Shown here: one piece after another, positions 9,733 to 19,609 of the stretch
Position numbering within the stretch: the stretch's first letter is position 1
Layout of the letters: each line of letters opens with the position of its first letter
From: an uncultured Granulicella sp.
GTDB lineage: Bacteria > Acidobacteriota > Terriglobia > Terriglobales > Acidobacteriaceae
Direction: 5' to 3'
DNA length: 64,000 nucleotides
Assembly: GCA_937873145.1 (NCBI GenBank)
Contig: CALMVK010000007.1
Location: 853-64,852, forward strand
Notes under the pieces: generated by a model
What the model was told of the DNA's origin: nothing
The model's input: only the letters and a program-made list of their open reading frames with translations
Database searches by the model: none
Translations under genes and position numbers: made by a program

Positions 9733-10161
9733 TTAGTGCTTAGGGTTCATCGTCGGCGCACCGTATTCCTGATCCGAAACCTGTCTGCCCCACGTTACAG
9801 CGATCCCAGCGTTGTCGTTTTCCTGCATGGCGAGGTGAACAAGCGTGTGGGCAGCGTCGGCACCGTGCCAGTGGTTCTCACCGGCTGGAATGACGACCAC
9901 ATCGCCAGCTTGAATGACGCGGGCCGACTCCCCTTCCTTTTGCGCCCAGCCGATGCCGGAGACAATATAGAGTGTCTGTCCCCGCGGGTGGGTGTGCCAG
10001 GCCGTGCGCGCGCCGGGTGCAAAGGTGACCAGCGCGGCCTGGAGGCGCGCTTCCGGACCGATCTCCGCGGTGCTCACGACGGGGTCGATCCAGACCGATC
10101 CGGTGAACCATGCTTCGGGTCCCGCCTTGCACTCACGCTCCGCGCTCGCCTGAATCTTCAT
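9733..10161 (-). CDS. cupin domain protein
   Basis: RTAWHTHPRGQTL and IPAGENHWHGA cupin motifs. Confidence 0.85.
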   Translation of the reverse strand: MKIQASAERECKAGPEAWFTGSVWIDPVVSTAEIGPEARLQAALVTFAPGARTAWHTHPRGQTLYIVSGIGWAQKEGESARVIQAGDVVVIPAGENHWHGADAAHTLVHLAMQENDNAGIAVTWGRQVSDQEYGAPTMNPKH

Positions 10162-10197
10162 TGAGTTTCACTCTACGCCGTAGACTGGGAAGAGCCA

Positions 10198-10581
10198 ATG
10201 TTTACCGAAACCCAGGTGCGAGAGGCGTTGCGCGACTGTTACGACACGACCAATCCCTATCGGCAGCCAGTCAATGTCGTCGATCTCGGCTTGGTGGAGA
10301 AGATCTCGCTCACCCTCGATGAAGAAGCTCCGGGTGCGGGCATTGCCGGCGTGCCGCCAAGATATAAGTTGAGCCTAACGTTGATCGCGTGCACGGCGGA
10401 GGAGGATGCCCGCACGTTGCTCGCCGCGCAGATTGCCAACCGTCTGGCGGGACTGCCTGAGCTCTCCGGCATCGATCTTCGGTTTGCCGATACGCCTGGG
10501 TGGACTGCTTCCCGGATCACTCTTGCAGGACGCCGGCTACTGAAGCTGGATCGCGCCTTTCCCATTCTGAACAACCGGTAG
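10198..10581 (+). CDS. DUF59/MIP18-like metal-sulfur cluster biogenesis protein
   Basis: VREALRDCYD..VNVVDLGLV N-terminus and C-terminal PGWTASRIT typical of the family. Confidence 0.65.
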   Translation: MFTETQVREALRDCYDTTNPYRQPVNVVDLGLVEKISLTLDEEAPGAGIAGVPPRYKLSLTLIACTAEEDARTLLAAQIANRLAGLPELSGIDLRFADTPGWTASRITLAGRRLLKLDRAFPILNNR

Positions 10582-10822
10582 CTGGCTGTGTCTCTAGGCA
10601 AGGACATGGCGTTTGGCTGAAAAGCCCTGCCAACGATGTGCTTGCTATGAAGTTTTTTTGCAGTGTCTTTCGATGGCAACAAATTTCTCGCGATCCGACA
10701 TGCGAGGGCCGGCGGTGGTTCCCAAGACGTAGACCATCTTATCGCCTAGTCTGCCGAGTGCCACGCTGCACGCTTTGCGTCTTCGGTTCATTGTCTACGC
10801 ACGCTAACCTCGAGGGACTTCC

Positions 10823-11725
10823 ATGTATTACACCGACAAAAAACTTCAAATTCCAATCACGGTTGAGAAGCCAAACCCCGTCTTTGCCCGCATGCTGCAG
10901 CAAGCCATTGGCGGCGTGGAAGGCGAGATTCGTGTTTGTATGCAGTACTTCTTCCAGGCCTGGGGCTCGCGCGGTCCGGCCAAGTATCGCGACATGCTGC
11001 TGAATACGGCGACTGAAGAGATCTCTCACATTGAGTTTCTCTCGACTGCCGTTGCTCTCAATCTTGAGAAGGCTCCCGTCAAGCTGCAGGAAGAGATCTC
11101 GGCGGATCCGATTGCCGGTGCGGTGTTGAACGGTATGGACATGCGGCACATTCTCTCGACCGGCCTTAGTGCCTACCCGGGCGATGCGAACGGCGTGCCA
11201 TTCGACATGAGCCACATCTATGCCAGCGGAAATATCGCCGGTGACATGTATTGCAATGTGGCTGCTGAAGCGACCGGCCGCACCCTTGCCTGCCGCCTCT
11301 ACAACGCTACCGACGACCCAGGCATGAAGCGTATGCTGGCGTTCAATATCGCGCGAGATACGATGCATCAGCAGCAGTGGCTGGCGGTGCTCGAAGAGTT
11401 GGGTCCGACGCATCTGCCGGTTCCGAACAGCTTCCCGCAGTCGAAGGAGAACGAGGAGTACAGCTATAAGTTCTTTATTCAGACGGTAGACAAGCAGGTA
11501 GGCAATCAGGAAGGGCAGGCCTGGACCTCCGGCACGGCACCCGATGGTCACGGCAAGTTTGAGCCGTTTATCGCCGGTCCGCTTGAAGGTGCGGGAGAAC
11601 CGAATCTGGGGCCAGGACGGCCGGATACGTTTGGCCAGAAGGAGCAGGCGATGGTGTCTCCAAATGGGACAGCTGCCGCGAACGGCAGTGGCAAGTACAC
11701 CTACGTGGAGACGGTGAAGGCGTAG
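10823..11725 (+). CDS. manganese catalase family protein
   Basis: GGVEGEIRVCMQY, TEEISHIE, ARDTMHQQQW ligand motifs. Confidence 0.9.
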   Translation: MYYTDKKLQIPITVEKPNPVFARMLQQAIGGVEGEIRVCMQYFFQAWGSRGPAKYRDMLLNTATEEISHIEFLSTAVALNLEKAPVKLQEEISADPIAGAVLNGMDMRHILSTGLSAYPGDANGVPFDMSHIYASGNIAGDMYCNVAAEATGRTLACRLYNATDDPGMKRMLAFNIARDTMHQQQWLAVLEELGPTHLPVPNSFPQSKENEEYSYKFFIQTVDKQVGNQEGQAWTSGTAPDGHGKFEPFIAGPLEGAGEPNLGPGRPDTFGQKEQAMVSPNGTAAANGSGKYTYVETVKA

Positions 11726-11765
11726 AGCGCGCCGTTTCAATGCTGTGTAGCAGGAAGAAAACCGC

Positions 11766-11795
11766 TACGGGAATTCTGGCTTCGCCAGAATGACG
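11766..11795 (+). repeat. REP element, family A (CGTC-tagged type)
   Basis: TACGGGAATTCTGGCTTCGCCAGAATGACG; ATTCTGGC/GCCAGAAT palindrome; five copies in window. Confidence 0.85.
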
Positions 11796-11846
11796 ACGGA
11801 ATGCTGTTGCATCACAAAGTCTGTTTTACTTTCCCAGGTCAAGAAC

Positions 11847-11877
11847 AAGGGAGCGCCGCTGTAAAGGGCGCTCCTTT
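11847..11877. terminator. bidirectional terminator between Mn catalase and nfo
   Basis: AAGGGAGCGCC / GGGCGCTCCTTT inverted repeat between convergent genes. Confidence 0.65.
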
Positions 11878-11901
11878 GTGCGTTGACACTCGATCGCAAG
11901 C

Positions 11902-12777
11902 TTACCTGGCTGACAAGGTACGTAACGTCATGACGTTTCGCCGTTCGTCTCCGGGTTCTTCAACAGGAGTTTCGGCGATGAAGACAGCCGAGGCGAAGCG
12001 GGCATCGTGAAGCAGACGACGGAAGGTTCCCGCGCCGATCGTGCCTTCACCGATGTGCTCGTGGCGGTCTAGTTTCGAGCCCATGGCTGCCTTGGCGTCG
12101 TTGCAGTGCCAGACGCGAACCGCCTCAAAGCCGATGGTCTCTCCAATCTGTTGCATCGTTTCCGCATAGCCTTCGGGCGAGACAAGATCGTAGCCAGCGA
12201 CGTGGACATGGCAGGTATCCAGGCAAACGGCCACGGGCGCGCAGGCACGCAGGCAGTCGACCAGTTCGGCGACCTGCTCCAGCTTGCTGCCGAGCGAAAA
12301 CTCGGCTCCGGCGGTGTTTTCAATCAAGATACGGAAGTCAGGAGCGGAGGTGAAGTCGAGGCCATCGATGGCGCGTTCGATAGACTGGGCAGCAAGGCGC
12401 AGGCCATCTTCCCGGGTAAGGCCTTTCCAGCTTCCGGGATGGAGAACCAGGTTTTCGGCCCCCAGCGCGAGGGCGCGCTCAACCTCTCCGCGGAACGCAA
12501 GGGTGGAGTTGGCACGCACGGCTTCGGTCTGGCTGCACAGGTTAATAAGGTAGCTCGCGTGGATGGAGATGGGGCCGATGTCGTGGGCGGCACGAAGCTC
12601 GCGCATGCGTGCTGCGTCCTCGGGCTTGACGGCAGCGGCGCGCCACTGGCGAGGACTCGCGCTGAAGATTTGGAAGGTGTTGGCACCGGCGTCGACTGCG
12701 CGCTGGACTGCGGTCCAGCAGCCTCCGGCGGTGCCGACATGGACACCGATACGTTTCTTGTCTGGAAGAACCTGCAT
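11902..12777 (-). CDS. nfo: endonuclease IV (AP endonuclease 2)
   Basis: HASYLINL, HPG, ENTAG, DTCH, HCND, RHEH, ETP zinc ligands. Confidence 0.93.
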   Translation of the reverse strand: MQVLPDKKRIGVHVGTAGGCWTAVQRAVDAGANTFQIFSASPRQWRAAAVKPEDAARMRELRAAHDIGPISIHASYLINLCSQTEAVRANSTLAFRGEVERALALGAENLVLHPGSWKGLTREDGLRLAAQSIERAIDGLDFTSAPDFRILIENTAGAEFSLGSKLEQVAELVDCLRACAPVAVCLDTCHVHVAGYDLVSPEGYAETMQQIGETIGFEAVRVWHCNDAKAAMGSKLDRHEHIGEGTIGAGTFRRLLHDARFASAVFIAETPVEEPGDERRNVMTLRTLSAR

Positions 12778-12831
12778 CGTTCCAAGTTAAACCCAGGCTC
12801 AAGGAAAAGCCGGGTGCAGTAGGATGGCTGC

Positions 12832-13263
12832 ATGCCGAAAGCTCAGAGTGCCGCAAATCATGCGATGTACGATCCTGTGACGCATTTTGTGTTGATGCCG
12901 ATCTTCACGATCAACTTGGGTGTGGCGATCTACTGGGCGATTCATGACCCGCAGCATCGGCTGGGACTGGATCTATGGCTGGTGGTGCTGGCGTTTGCGC
13001 TGATTTTGGTGAACACGAAGATGCGGAATTATTCACTGCGAGTGCAGGATCGGCTGATTCAGTTGGAGGAACGTCTGCGGGTGTCTGCGCTAGTCTCGCC
13101 GGCGGAGGCTCTGCGGCTGACGATGCGGCAGTTGGTTGCGCTGCGTTTCGCTTCGGATCAGGAGTTGCCAATGCTGGTGGCGCATACCCTGGGAGAAAGT
13201 CTGACGTCGCGGCAGATCAAGGAACGCATCGCCCAGTGGCGTCCGGACCCGATCCGCCTCTGA
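12832..13263 (+). CDS. conserved membrane protein (DUF6526-like)
   Basis: Two TM segments; QDRLIQLEERLR, QLVALRFASDQEL, W-RPD-R C-terminus. Confidence 0.65.
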   Translation: MPKAQSAANHAMYDPVTHFVLMPIFTINLGVAIYWAIHDPQHRLGLDLWLVVLAFALILVNTKMRNYSLRVQDRLIQLEERLRVSALVSPAEALRLTMRQLVALRFASDQELPMLVAHTLGESLTSRQIKERIAQWRPDPIRL

Positions 13264-13426
13264 GGTTTGCGTCGGCAGCTCCGAGACCAGGAGTTCCGGA
13301 GAATGCAGGGACATGGACTTACGTCGTGTGCCTCTGCACTGGGTGGGGCATCAGGACCGCCGCAGGTGCTATGGCGTGACCCGGTAGGGCACCTTATGCT
13401 TCTCATGGAACCACGGAGGCTCCCCC

Positions 13427-13729
13427 ATGAGTAACTATGACAGCAATCAGGGCCCGCTCCACGTCACAAACTTTCGTACTGCTTCCCTTCTGGCTGCTAT
13501 CCTGATCGCCGCCGCGGCTGGCGTGAGTTGCAATTTGAGCGAGAACGCAAACGGCTTGAACGAAGACGGAGGAGGCGGATCGATGCTCGCTCCGATTGCG
13601 GGACAAGCCAATGGCGATCTGCATTCAACCTTGCCTGACCTGCACGATCTGCGCCGACGATACCGGGACCATCACTGGACGAGCGCGCTGGTGGTGGAGA
13701 CGGCGCACCACCAGCCGCGGAGTTCTTAG
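13427..13729 (+). CDS. hypothetical protein, possibly exported
   Basis: GGAGG RBS 7 nt before ATG; hydrophobic stretch ending in GVSC; fills an intergenic gap. Confidence 0.4.
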   Translation: MSNYDSNQGPLHVTNFRTASLLAAILIAAAAGVSCNLSENANGLNEDGGGGSMLAPIAGQANGDLHSTLPDLHDLRRRYRDHHWTSALVVETAHHQPRSS

Positions 13730-13742
13730 CCGGGCGCAACTC

Positions 13743-14918
13743 CTAGTAGACGTCGCGCTGGTAACGCTTGTCCTTTTTCATCCGGCTGAGGTACTCAGAT
13801 GCGTGGTCGAGCGTACCGTTCGAACCTTTGGCGATAGCGTCGAGCAGGGCCATCTCCACGTCTTTGGCCATGCGGGTTGCGTCGCCACAGACGTAGAAGA
13901 AGGCTCCACGTTCAAGCCATGCGTAGAGTTCGGCGGCGCGCTCCTGCATGCGGTCCTGGACATAGATCTTTTTGGCCTGGTCGCGAGAGAAGGCGGTGTC
14001 GAGATGGGTGAGCACACCGTCTTTATGCATCGCCTCAAGCTCATGCTGGTAGAGGAAGTCGAGCGAGCGGCGCTGTTCGCCGAAGAAGAGCCAATTTTCC
14101 CCGGGGGCGCCGGTAGCCTGGCGTTCTTCCAGAAAGGCGCGGAAAGGAGCAATGCCGGTGCCGGGACCGACCATGATGACCGGAGCGGAGGAGTCTGCGG
14201 GAAGGCGGAAGTTGCCGTTGGCATGCAGAAAGATAGGCATCGTCTCGCCCACGGGCGCGCGATCGCCAAGGTGTCCGCTGGCCAAGCCTTGCCGGGTGCG
14301 TCCATGAGCATCGTAGCGGACGACGCGGACCGTGGTCTGCACATTGTCGGCGTGGAGTGCCTGGCTGGAAGCGATGGAGTACATCCGTGGCGTTAGGCGG
14401 GCAAGCACCTGGAAGAGCTGTTGCGGGGAGGTAATCACACCTGGAAATTCATGAAGTAAGTCGATAAACTCGCGGCCGTAACAGTATTCTTCAGCGCGCG
14501 CCTTGTTTTCGGCACCCGCAAGCGCCTTCAGGCCTTCGTTTTCGGGAGCAAGCTTGTGCATCTGGGTGATGCGGCCGCGCTCCAGCTTGCCGATGGCAAG
14601 CCGGGTACGCAGAGCTTCGTCCAGGTCAATGTCGACCTTGTAGTGGTCGAGAACGCGTTCGTCTCCGCGCATGTGGAGCGCTTCGAGGACCTCATCGACG
14701 ACCTCGCGGCGGTTCTCAGGCAGGATGCCGACAGCGTCGCCGGGGGTATAGGTCATGCCATCTTCGAGCGTGAGTTCGATGTGGCGCGTCTCCTTCTCGG
14801 AGCCGGGAGCGGTCAGCAGATCATTGATGCGCACAGAGGACTGGTAGGGGTTGTTGCGAGTGTATGTGGATGTGTGCCCGCTTGCCAGGGTCTCGGTTGC
14901 TTCCAGCGTTTCGCTCAT
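13743..14918 (-). CDS. CysJ-like FAD/NADPH-binding reductase lacking the flavodoxin domain
   Basis: RMYSIAS, GLASGHL, GPGTGIAP, YVCGD, terminal DVY; 391 aa. Confidence 0.88.
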   Translation of the reverse strand: MSETLEATETLASGHTSTYTRNNPYQSSVRINDLLTAPGSEKETRHIELTLEDGMTYTPGDAVGILPENRREVVDEVLEALHMRGDERVLDHYKVDIDLDEALRTRLAIGKLERGRITQMHKLAPENEGLKALAGAENKARAEEYCYGREFIDLLHEFPGVITSPQQLFQVLARLTPRMYSIASSQALHADNVQTTVRVVRYDAHGRTRQGLASGHLGDRAPVGETMPIFLHANGNFRLPADSSAPVIMVGPGTGIAPFRAFLEERQATGAPGENWLFFGEQRRSLDFLYQHELEAMHKDGVLTHLDTAFSRDQAKKIYVQDRMQERAAELYAWLERGAFFYVCGDATRMAKDVEMALLDAIAKGSNGTLDHASEYLSRMKKDKRYQRDVY

Positions 14919-14927
14919 ACCGTTATG

Positions 14928-16352
14928 TTAGGCGATTTTGTGTCTGCCGGACAGCCAGCGCCGAAGCAGCCAGGCAAGCACGCCGAGCAGGACGACGAGG
15001 GCGGCCAGCCGGATCTCGTGGCCGAAGTTGGGCCGGCCAAGGAGGATATAGAGGAAGCCGCCCAAGGCAAGCAGAGGCGGAAGCGGATAGAGCCAGAGGC
15101 GGAATGGCCGGGGGAGATCGGGCTGGCTTCGCCGCAGGTAAAGGACACCGATGTGTTGAAGGAGAAATTGCACCAGAATGCGCAGAATGACGAGGGCGGC
15201 GATGACCTCGGCGAGCGAGAAGAAACAAAAGAGAGCGGCGACTCCGCCGAGATAAAGGAGCGAGAGATAAGGGAAGCCTCCGGTGGGATGCAGGCGGCCG
15301 AAAGGAGCGAAAAAGTTGCCGTCGCGGGCCGCGGCGTACGGAATGCGGGAGTAGCCGAGCAGCAAGGAGAAGATGCTGGCAAAGGCGGTGACCATGATGA
15401 GCATGGCAACCAGGCGTCCAGCAAAGAGGCCGAGGACGGGACCGAAGCGGGTACCGTAGGCAGTCTGCATGAAAAATGAGAGGAGGGCCTGGCGCGCGCC
15501 CAGGTCGTGGACCAAGAGCAGCGGACGCCACGGAACGACGCTGAGCACGGCGACATTGATAGCGAGATAGAGGATAGCGACCAGAAAGATCGAGAGAAGA
15601 ATGGCGCGTGGGATGGTGCGGGAGGGATCTCTGACCTCCGCGCCGAGGAAGGTGACGTTGTAGTAGCCCCAGAAGTCATAGGTGGCGATCAGCATCGCGG
15701 AGGCCAGGCCGGAGAAGAAGGCAGGCGTGAGATGGAAGGCGCCGGGAGGGAGGTCGAAGGCTTGCCTCGGGTGCCCGAACACGACGGCGGTTATCAGCAC
15801 CCAGGCGATGGTGCCGAGCACGGTGATCCACAAGAGATAGCTGATAACGCGCAAATGGACGAGATTGCGGTAGAGCAGCAGGATGGCAAGGAGGATAGCT
15901 GCAATGGCGATGGCGGTTCCGGGGCTGGCGACGAGGCGCCCCCAGGATGCGGTGTGCGTGCGAAGAACGGGAGCCAGATAGCCGGCGTACTGAGCAAGGC
16001 CGATCGATCCGCTGGCGACCGACAGGGGCGCGGAGAAGATGAGCTGAAAGACAAAGAGGAAAGCCAGAAAGCGGCCGAACGCGCCAGGGTAGATGGTGCG
16101 CAGGAAGCGGTAGGTGCCGCCGGCTTCGGGCATGGCCGCGCCGAGTTCCGCCCAGACCAGGCCGTCACACACGGCCAGCAGGGCACCAAGAATCCAGCCA
16201 AGCATGGCTTGCGGGCCGCCCATCGTAGAGAGGAGCAGAGGCAAGGTGATGAAGGGGCCAACGCCGATCATGTCGAGCATGTTGATGGCGATGGCGCCAG
16301 GGAGGGTGAGCGAGCGAGTGAGATGGCTTCCGGATTGGGGGCTGGAGGCGAT
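14928..16352 (-). CDS. APC family amino acid permease
   Basis: Multi-TM; MIGVGPF, ATYDFWGYYNV, GAEVRDP. First ATG 16280, but the frame is open to ATC at 16352 and adds LTRSLTLPGAIAIN. Confidence 0.88.
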   Translation of the reverse strand: MASSPQSGSHLTRSLTLPGAIAINMLDMIGVGPFITLPLLLSTMGGPQAMLGWILGALLAVCDGLVWAELGAAMPEAGGTYRFLRTIYPGAFGRFLAFLFVFQLIFSAPLSVASGSIGLAQYAGYLAPVLRTHTASWGRLVASPGTAIAIAAILLAILLLYRNLVHLRVISYLLWITVLGTIAWVLITAVVFGHPRQAFDLPPGAFHLTPAFFSGLASAMLIATYDFWGYYNVTFLGAEVRDPSRTIPRAILLSIFLVAILYLAINVAVLSVVPWRPLLLVHDLGARQALLSFFMQTAYGTRFGPVLGLFAGRLVAMLIMVTAFASIFSLLLGYSRIPYAAARDGNFFAPFGRLHPTGGFPYLSLLYLGGVAALFCFFSLAEVIAALVILRILVQFLLQHIGVLYLRRSQPDLPRPFRLWLYPLPPLLALGGFLYILLGRPNFGHEIRLAALVVLLGVLAWLLRRWLSGRHKIA

Positions 16353-16433
16353 CCCTCGAGTCTATCGTTCCATCCTTACTCCCAGGCTGCCGCGTCATAA
16401 CCAACGGCTTTAGACAATATTTGTGAAAGAGGC

Positions 16434-16460
16434 TAAAGTTTTGGCCAGGTTTGCCGATAT
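16434..16460 (+). promoter_or_regulatory. sigma28 (FliA) promoter upstream of PIG-L gene
   Basis: TAAA-GTTTTGGCCAGGTTT(15 nt)-GCCGATAT. Confidence 0.7.
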
Positions 16461-16475
16461 GAGAGAGTAAGCCTT

Positions 16476-19307
16476 ATGAACGCTCGCTCCTTTTCTTTGG
16501 CCATGATCCTGCTTCTTCTCGCGGCGTGTGTACCCGTTGCGTGTGGGGCACAATCTGCGCCTGGTCCCCGGCTGGTCGACGATCCGGCAAACCTGACGGG
16601 AGAGCGGGTCTCGCCTCCCTCCCCTGCGGACCGGCTGCCGATCAACCACGGAGCGCCCGCGCTCCAGCAGTTGCTTTTAAAGCTGCGGACGCGCGCCTCG
16701 CTGATGATGATTGTGGCGCATCCGGATGACGAGGACGGCGGATTTCTGACGTATGAGTCGCGCGGCATGGGAGCGCGGGTGGCCATGCTGACGCTGAACC
16801 GTGGCGAAGGCGGACAAAGCCTGATGTCCGGGGATTTCAACGATGCGCTCGGGCTGATCCGGACACAGGAGCTGCTCGAGGAAGACCGCTACACGGGCGT
16901 CGACCAGATGTTTGGGACCGAGGTGGACTTCGGTTTTTCAAAGACCAAGGAAGAGAGCTATGCCAAGTGGACGCATGAGCGTGTGCTTTACGACGCGGTG
17001 CGCGCGGTGCGGCTCTATCGGCCGCTAGTGCTGGCGAGCGTCTTTGTGGGAGGACCGACGGACGGGCATGGACACCACCAGGTCTCAGGCGAGATTACGC
17101 AGGAGGTGTTTACCGCGGCGGGAGACCCGAAGGTTTTTCCTGAGATGATTCGCGAAGGTCTGCTGCCATGGACTCCGCTGAAGGTGTACGCGCGGGTTCC
17201 ATTCTCGCGCATGACGAAAGACGGAATGTTCGATTATGCGACAGGAAAGACGATTCCGACGCGCTTTGAGAATTATGTGACGGGAAAAGTAACGAACGCC
17301 GAACCGAGCGCCACGGTAAAGATTCCGGAAGGCGATCCGGCAACGATAGCGTTTGCGGGAAGACAGGCGGCTCCCTCCTTGGGAATGGACGGACTGACCT
17401 ATGTACAGTTTGCAAGGAACGGATTGGCACTGCAAAAGACGCAAGTCGGGCCTGGTGTACGGCTGGCTCCGCCGGGGAAGTCGGAGACGGGCTATACATT
17501 GATGGGATCGCGGGTGGGAACGCCGCCGACTGAGGCCAGCATCTTCACGGGCATCAATATCGGTCTCGTGGGGATTGCCGACCTGGACCCAAACGCGCCC
17601 GGGCTGCGGGAAGTTCTTACGGCCGTCGATATGCGGATCGGCGAGGCGCAGCAACTGTTTACGGCGGATCATCCCGAGGCAACTGCGCCTCCGCTGCGTC
17701 GCGCGCTGGCTGCCATCGATGGGCTGCTCACGGCCTACGCAACGAGCACTGGTCTCGAGGAGCAACAGCGCTTTAACCTGGTGCATGAACTGCGAGTTAA
17801 GAGAGTGCAGTTGAACGATGCTTTGGTTCTGGCGGATGGCTTGCGCATGACGGCGACACTCGATGCTTCGAGTAAGCCGCTGCTCAGTACGCTTCAGAAG
17901 GCCACGATCAATGTCCGATTGGAAAATCGAGGCGGACTGACCCCGCTGCTGCTGGCGGAGAACAGTGCAGTACCGTCGCTGCCGGACGCGAATGCAAAGC
18001 CACTGGCAGGCGGTGTGACGATGCTTTCCCGAACGCTTGCTTTCCCGAAGGGTCTGCCGGTGACACGGCCGTACTTCTCCCGCCCCAATTCGGAGCAGGC
18101 CTTCTACGATGTTTCGCAGGCCGACCTGCGCCTTGCGCCTTCTACGCCGCCGGCACTGGTGATAACGCAACTGTTGGACGACGATGGAGCGCGGCTTGAG
18201 TTGAGGGCGGAGGTAACCGCGACGGATGAATCTTTGGAGGCAGCCCAGGTGGTGCCGCCATTCTCGGTGGCACTTTCGCCGGCTTTGGGCCTTCTCCATG
18301 CAGACGCACATCCATTTTCTGTGGAGTCGTTCATTCGGGAGCAGGGTGCAAATGCAACGTGGAAGGCAGGCTTATCGGTTCCAGAGGGCTGGCAATTCAA
18401 GCTGGATCCGGCTGCTTTGCCACTTGAGGCTGGTTTGAATGGGTCGGGCGATGCTTTGGGCAGACCAGAGGCATGGCAGGTTCAGCCGCACGGCATCGAG
18501 CCAGGATCTGCGTATCTGGTGCATGGCGACGTTTTCTCGCAAGGACATGCCTATAACGAGTCTTATCGGGCCGTTGGGTACCCGGGGCTTGCTTCGACCA
18601 ACTTCTATACACCTGCGGTTTTCAAAGCAGAGGCCATCGATGTGCATACGGCTCCGGGTCTGCGCATCGCGTATTTGCCTGGTACGGGAGATCCCTTGCC
18701 CGAGTTTCTGCCGGATCTTGGTGTGACTCCAACGTTGATTACGCCCCAGGATATAAAGAGCGGCGCGTTGGCAAAGTACGACGCAGTAATTGTGGGGGTG
18801 CGCGCCTATGAGGCACAGTCTGCGCTTCTCGGCCTTGGGTCGAAGCCGCTGATTGAGTATGCGCGTGCAGGCGGCGTGGTGATCCTGGAGTACATGATCG
18901 CCAAATTCGGGAATACGGAGGCTCCTTATGCGGTTGCGGTACCAGGGGATTCGGCGCACAACGTGGTGGAGGAAGCGCAGCCCGTGCGTGTGCTCGCGCC
19001 CGAGAGTCCGCTGCTGAACTGGCCGAACAGGATCAACTCAGCGGACTTCGATGGCTGGGTAGAGGAGCGCGGACATGGATTCGCCGCAACCTGGGCTCCG
19101 CAGTTCCAGGCGCTGCTCGAGACCGAGGACGTGGGACAGGATCCGCAGCGTGGCGGATTGCTGCTGGCTCCAGTGGGCAAAGGAGCCTACGTGTACTGCG
19201 CACTGGCACTCTATCGGCAGTTGCCTGAGGGAGTTCCAGGAGCTTACCGGCTGCTGGCGAACCTGATCAGCTATGCCAAGAATCCAGGACGGACCGCCAT
19301 GAAATGA
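16476..19307 (+). CDS. secreted PIG-L family deacetylase with C-terminal class I GATase-like domain
   Basis: Signal peptide; AHPDDED and HGHH motifs; 943 aa; C-terminal GWVEERG..GKGAYVY..LYRQLP. Confidence 0.88.
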   Translation: MNARSFSLAMILLLLAACVPVACGAQSAPGPRLVDDPANLTGERVSPPSPADRLPINHGAPALQQLLLKLRTRASLMMIVAHPDDEDGGFLTYESRGMGARVAMLTLNRGEGGQSLMSGDFNDALGLIRTQELLEEDRYTGVDQMFGTEVDFGFSKTKEESYAKWTHERVLYDAVRAVRLYRPLVLASVFVGGPTDGHGHHQVSGEITQEVFTAAGDPKVFPEMIREGLLPWTPLKVYARVPFSRMTKDGMFDYATGKTIPTRFENYVTGKVTNAEPSATVKIPEGDPATIAFAGRQAAPSLGMDGLTYVQFARNGLALQKTQVGPGVRLAPPGKSETGYTLMGSRVGTPPTEASIFTGINIGLVGIADLDPNAPGLREVLTAVDMRIGEAQQLFTADHPEATAPPLRRALAAIDGLLTAYATSTGLEEQQRFNLVHELRVKRVQLNDALVLADGLRMTATLDASSKPLLSTLQKATINVRLENRGGLTPLLLAENSAVPSLPDANAKPLAGGVTMLSRTLAFPKGLPVTRPYFSRPNSEQAFYDVSQADLRLAPSTPPALVITQLLDDDGARLELRAEVTATDESLEAAQVVPPFSVALSPALGLLHADAHPFSVESFIREQGANATWKAGLSVPEGWQFKLDPAALPLEAGLNGSGDALGRPEAWQVQPHGIEPGSAYLVHGDVFSQGHAYNESYRAVGYPGLASTNFYTPAVFKAEAIDVHTAPGLRIAYLPGTGDPLPEFLPDLGVTPTLITPQDIKSGALAKYDAVIVGVRAYEAQSALLGLGSKPLIEYARAGGVVILEYMIAKFGNTEAPYAVAVPGDSAHNVVEEAQPVRVLAPESPLLNWPNRINSADFDGWVEERGHGFAATWAPQFQALLETEDVGQDPQRGGLLLAPVGKGAYVYCALALYRQLPEGVPGAYRLLANLISYAKNPGRTAMK

Positions 19308-19351
19308 GACCGGCGCGGGACGATCGCAAGCGAGGCTGCATCCCATGCGAT

Positions 19352-19585
19352 ATGCAGAACATCCAGGCTAAGCCGTTCTCTGTCACTCACACGCGATCCG
19401 ACCTCCGTCGTCCTTCCCTGCTGCGCTGCGCTGGACTCGGGCTGTTCATGCTAAGCCTGTGCAGTCTGTGCTCCGGGTGCATTGTCGCCGGGGTATCGAG
19501 CAGCGGCGGCGCGTTCCTGTGGCCGGGCGGATTTGGTTTGCTCATCCTTGTGGCCATAGTGTTGTGGATGATGCGTCGTAGGTAA
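19352..19585 (+). CDS. small membrane protein
   Basis: 77 aa; SGCIVAG..GGAFLWPGGFGLLILVAIVLWMMRRR TM with basic tail. Confidence 0.55.
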   Translation: MQNIQAKPFSVTHTRSDLRRPSLLRCAGLGLFMLSLCSLCSGCIVAGVSSSGGAFLWPGGFGLLILVAIVLWMMRRR

Positions 19586-19609
19586 AGTTCGTGAGAGAGA
19601 AAGGAAACG

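Noticed and set aside
10483-10493. GCCGATAC as another sigma28 -10 box
   Set aside because: Intragenic and lacks a TAAA-like -35 at 15 nt spacing.
10582-10822. yybP-ykoY manganese riboswitch or sigma54 promoter before Mn catalase
   Set aside because: No recognisable conserved core and no correctly spaced GG-N10-GC motif.
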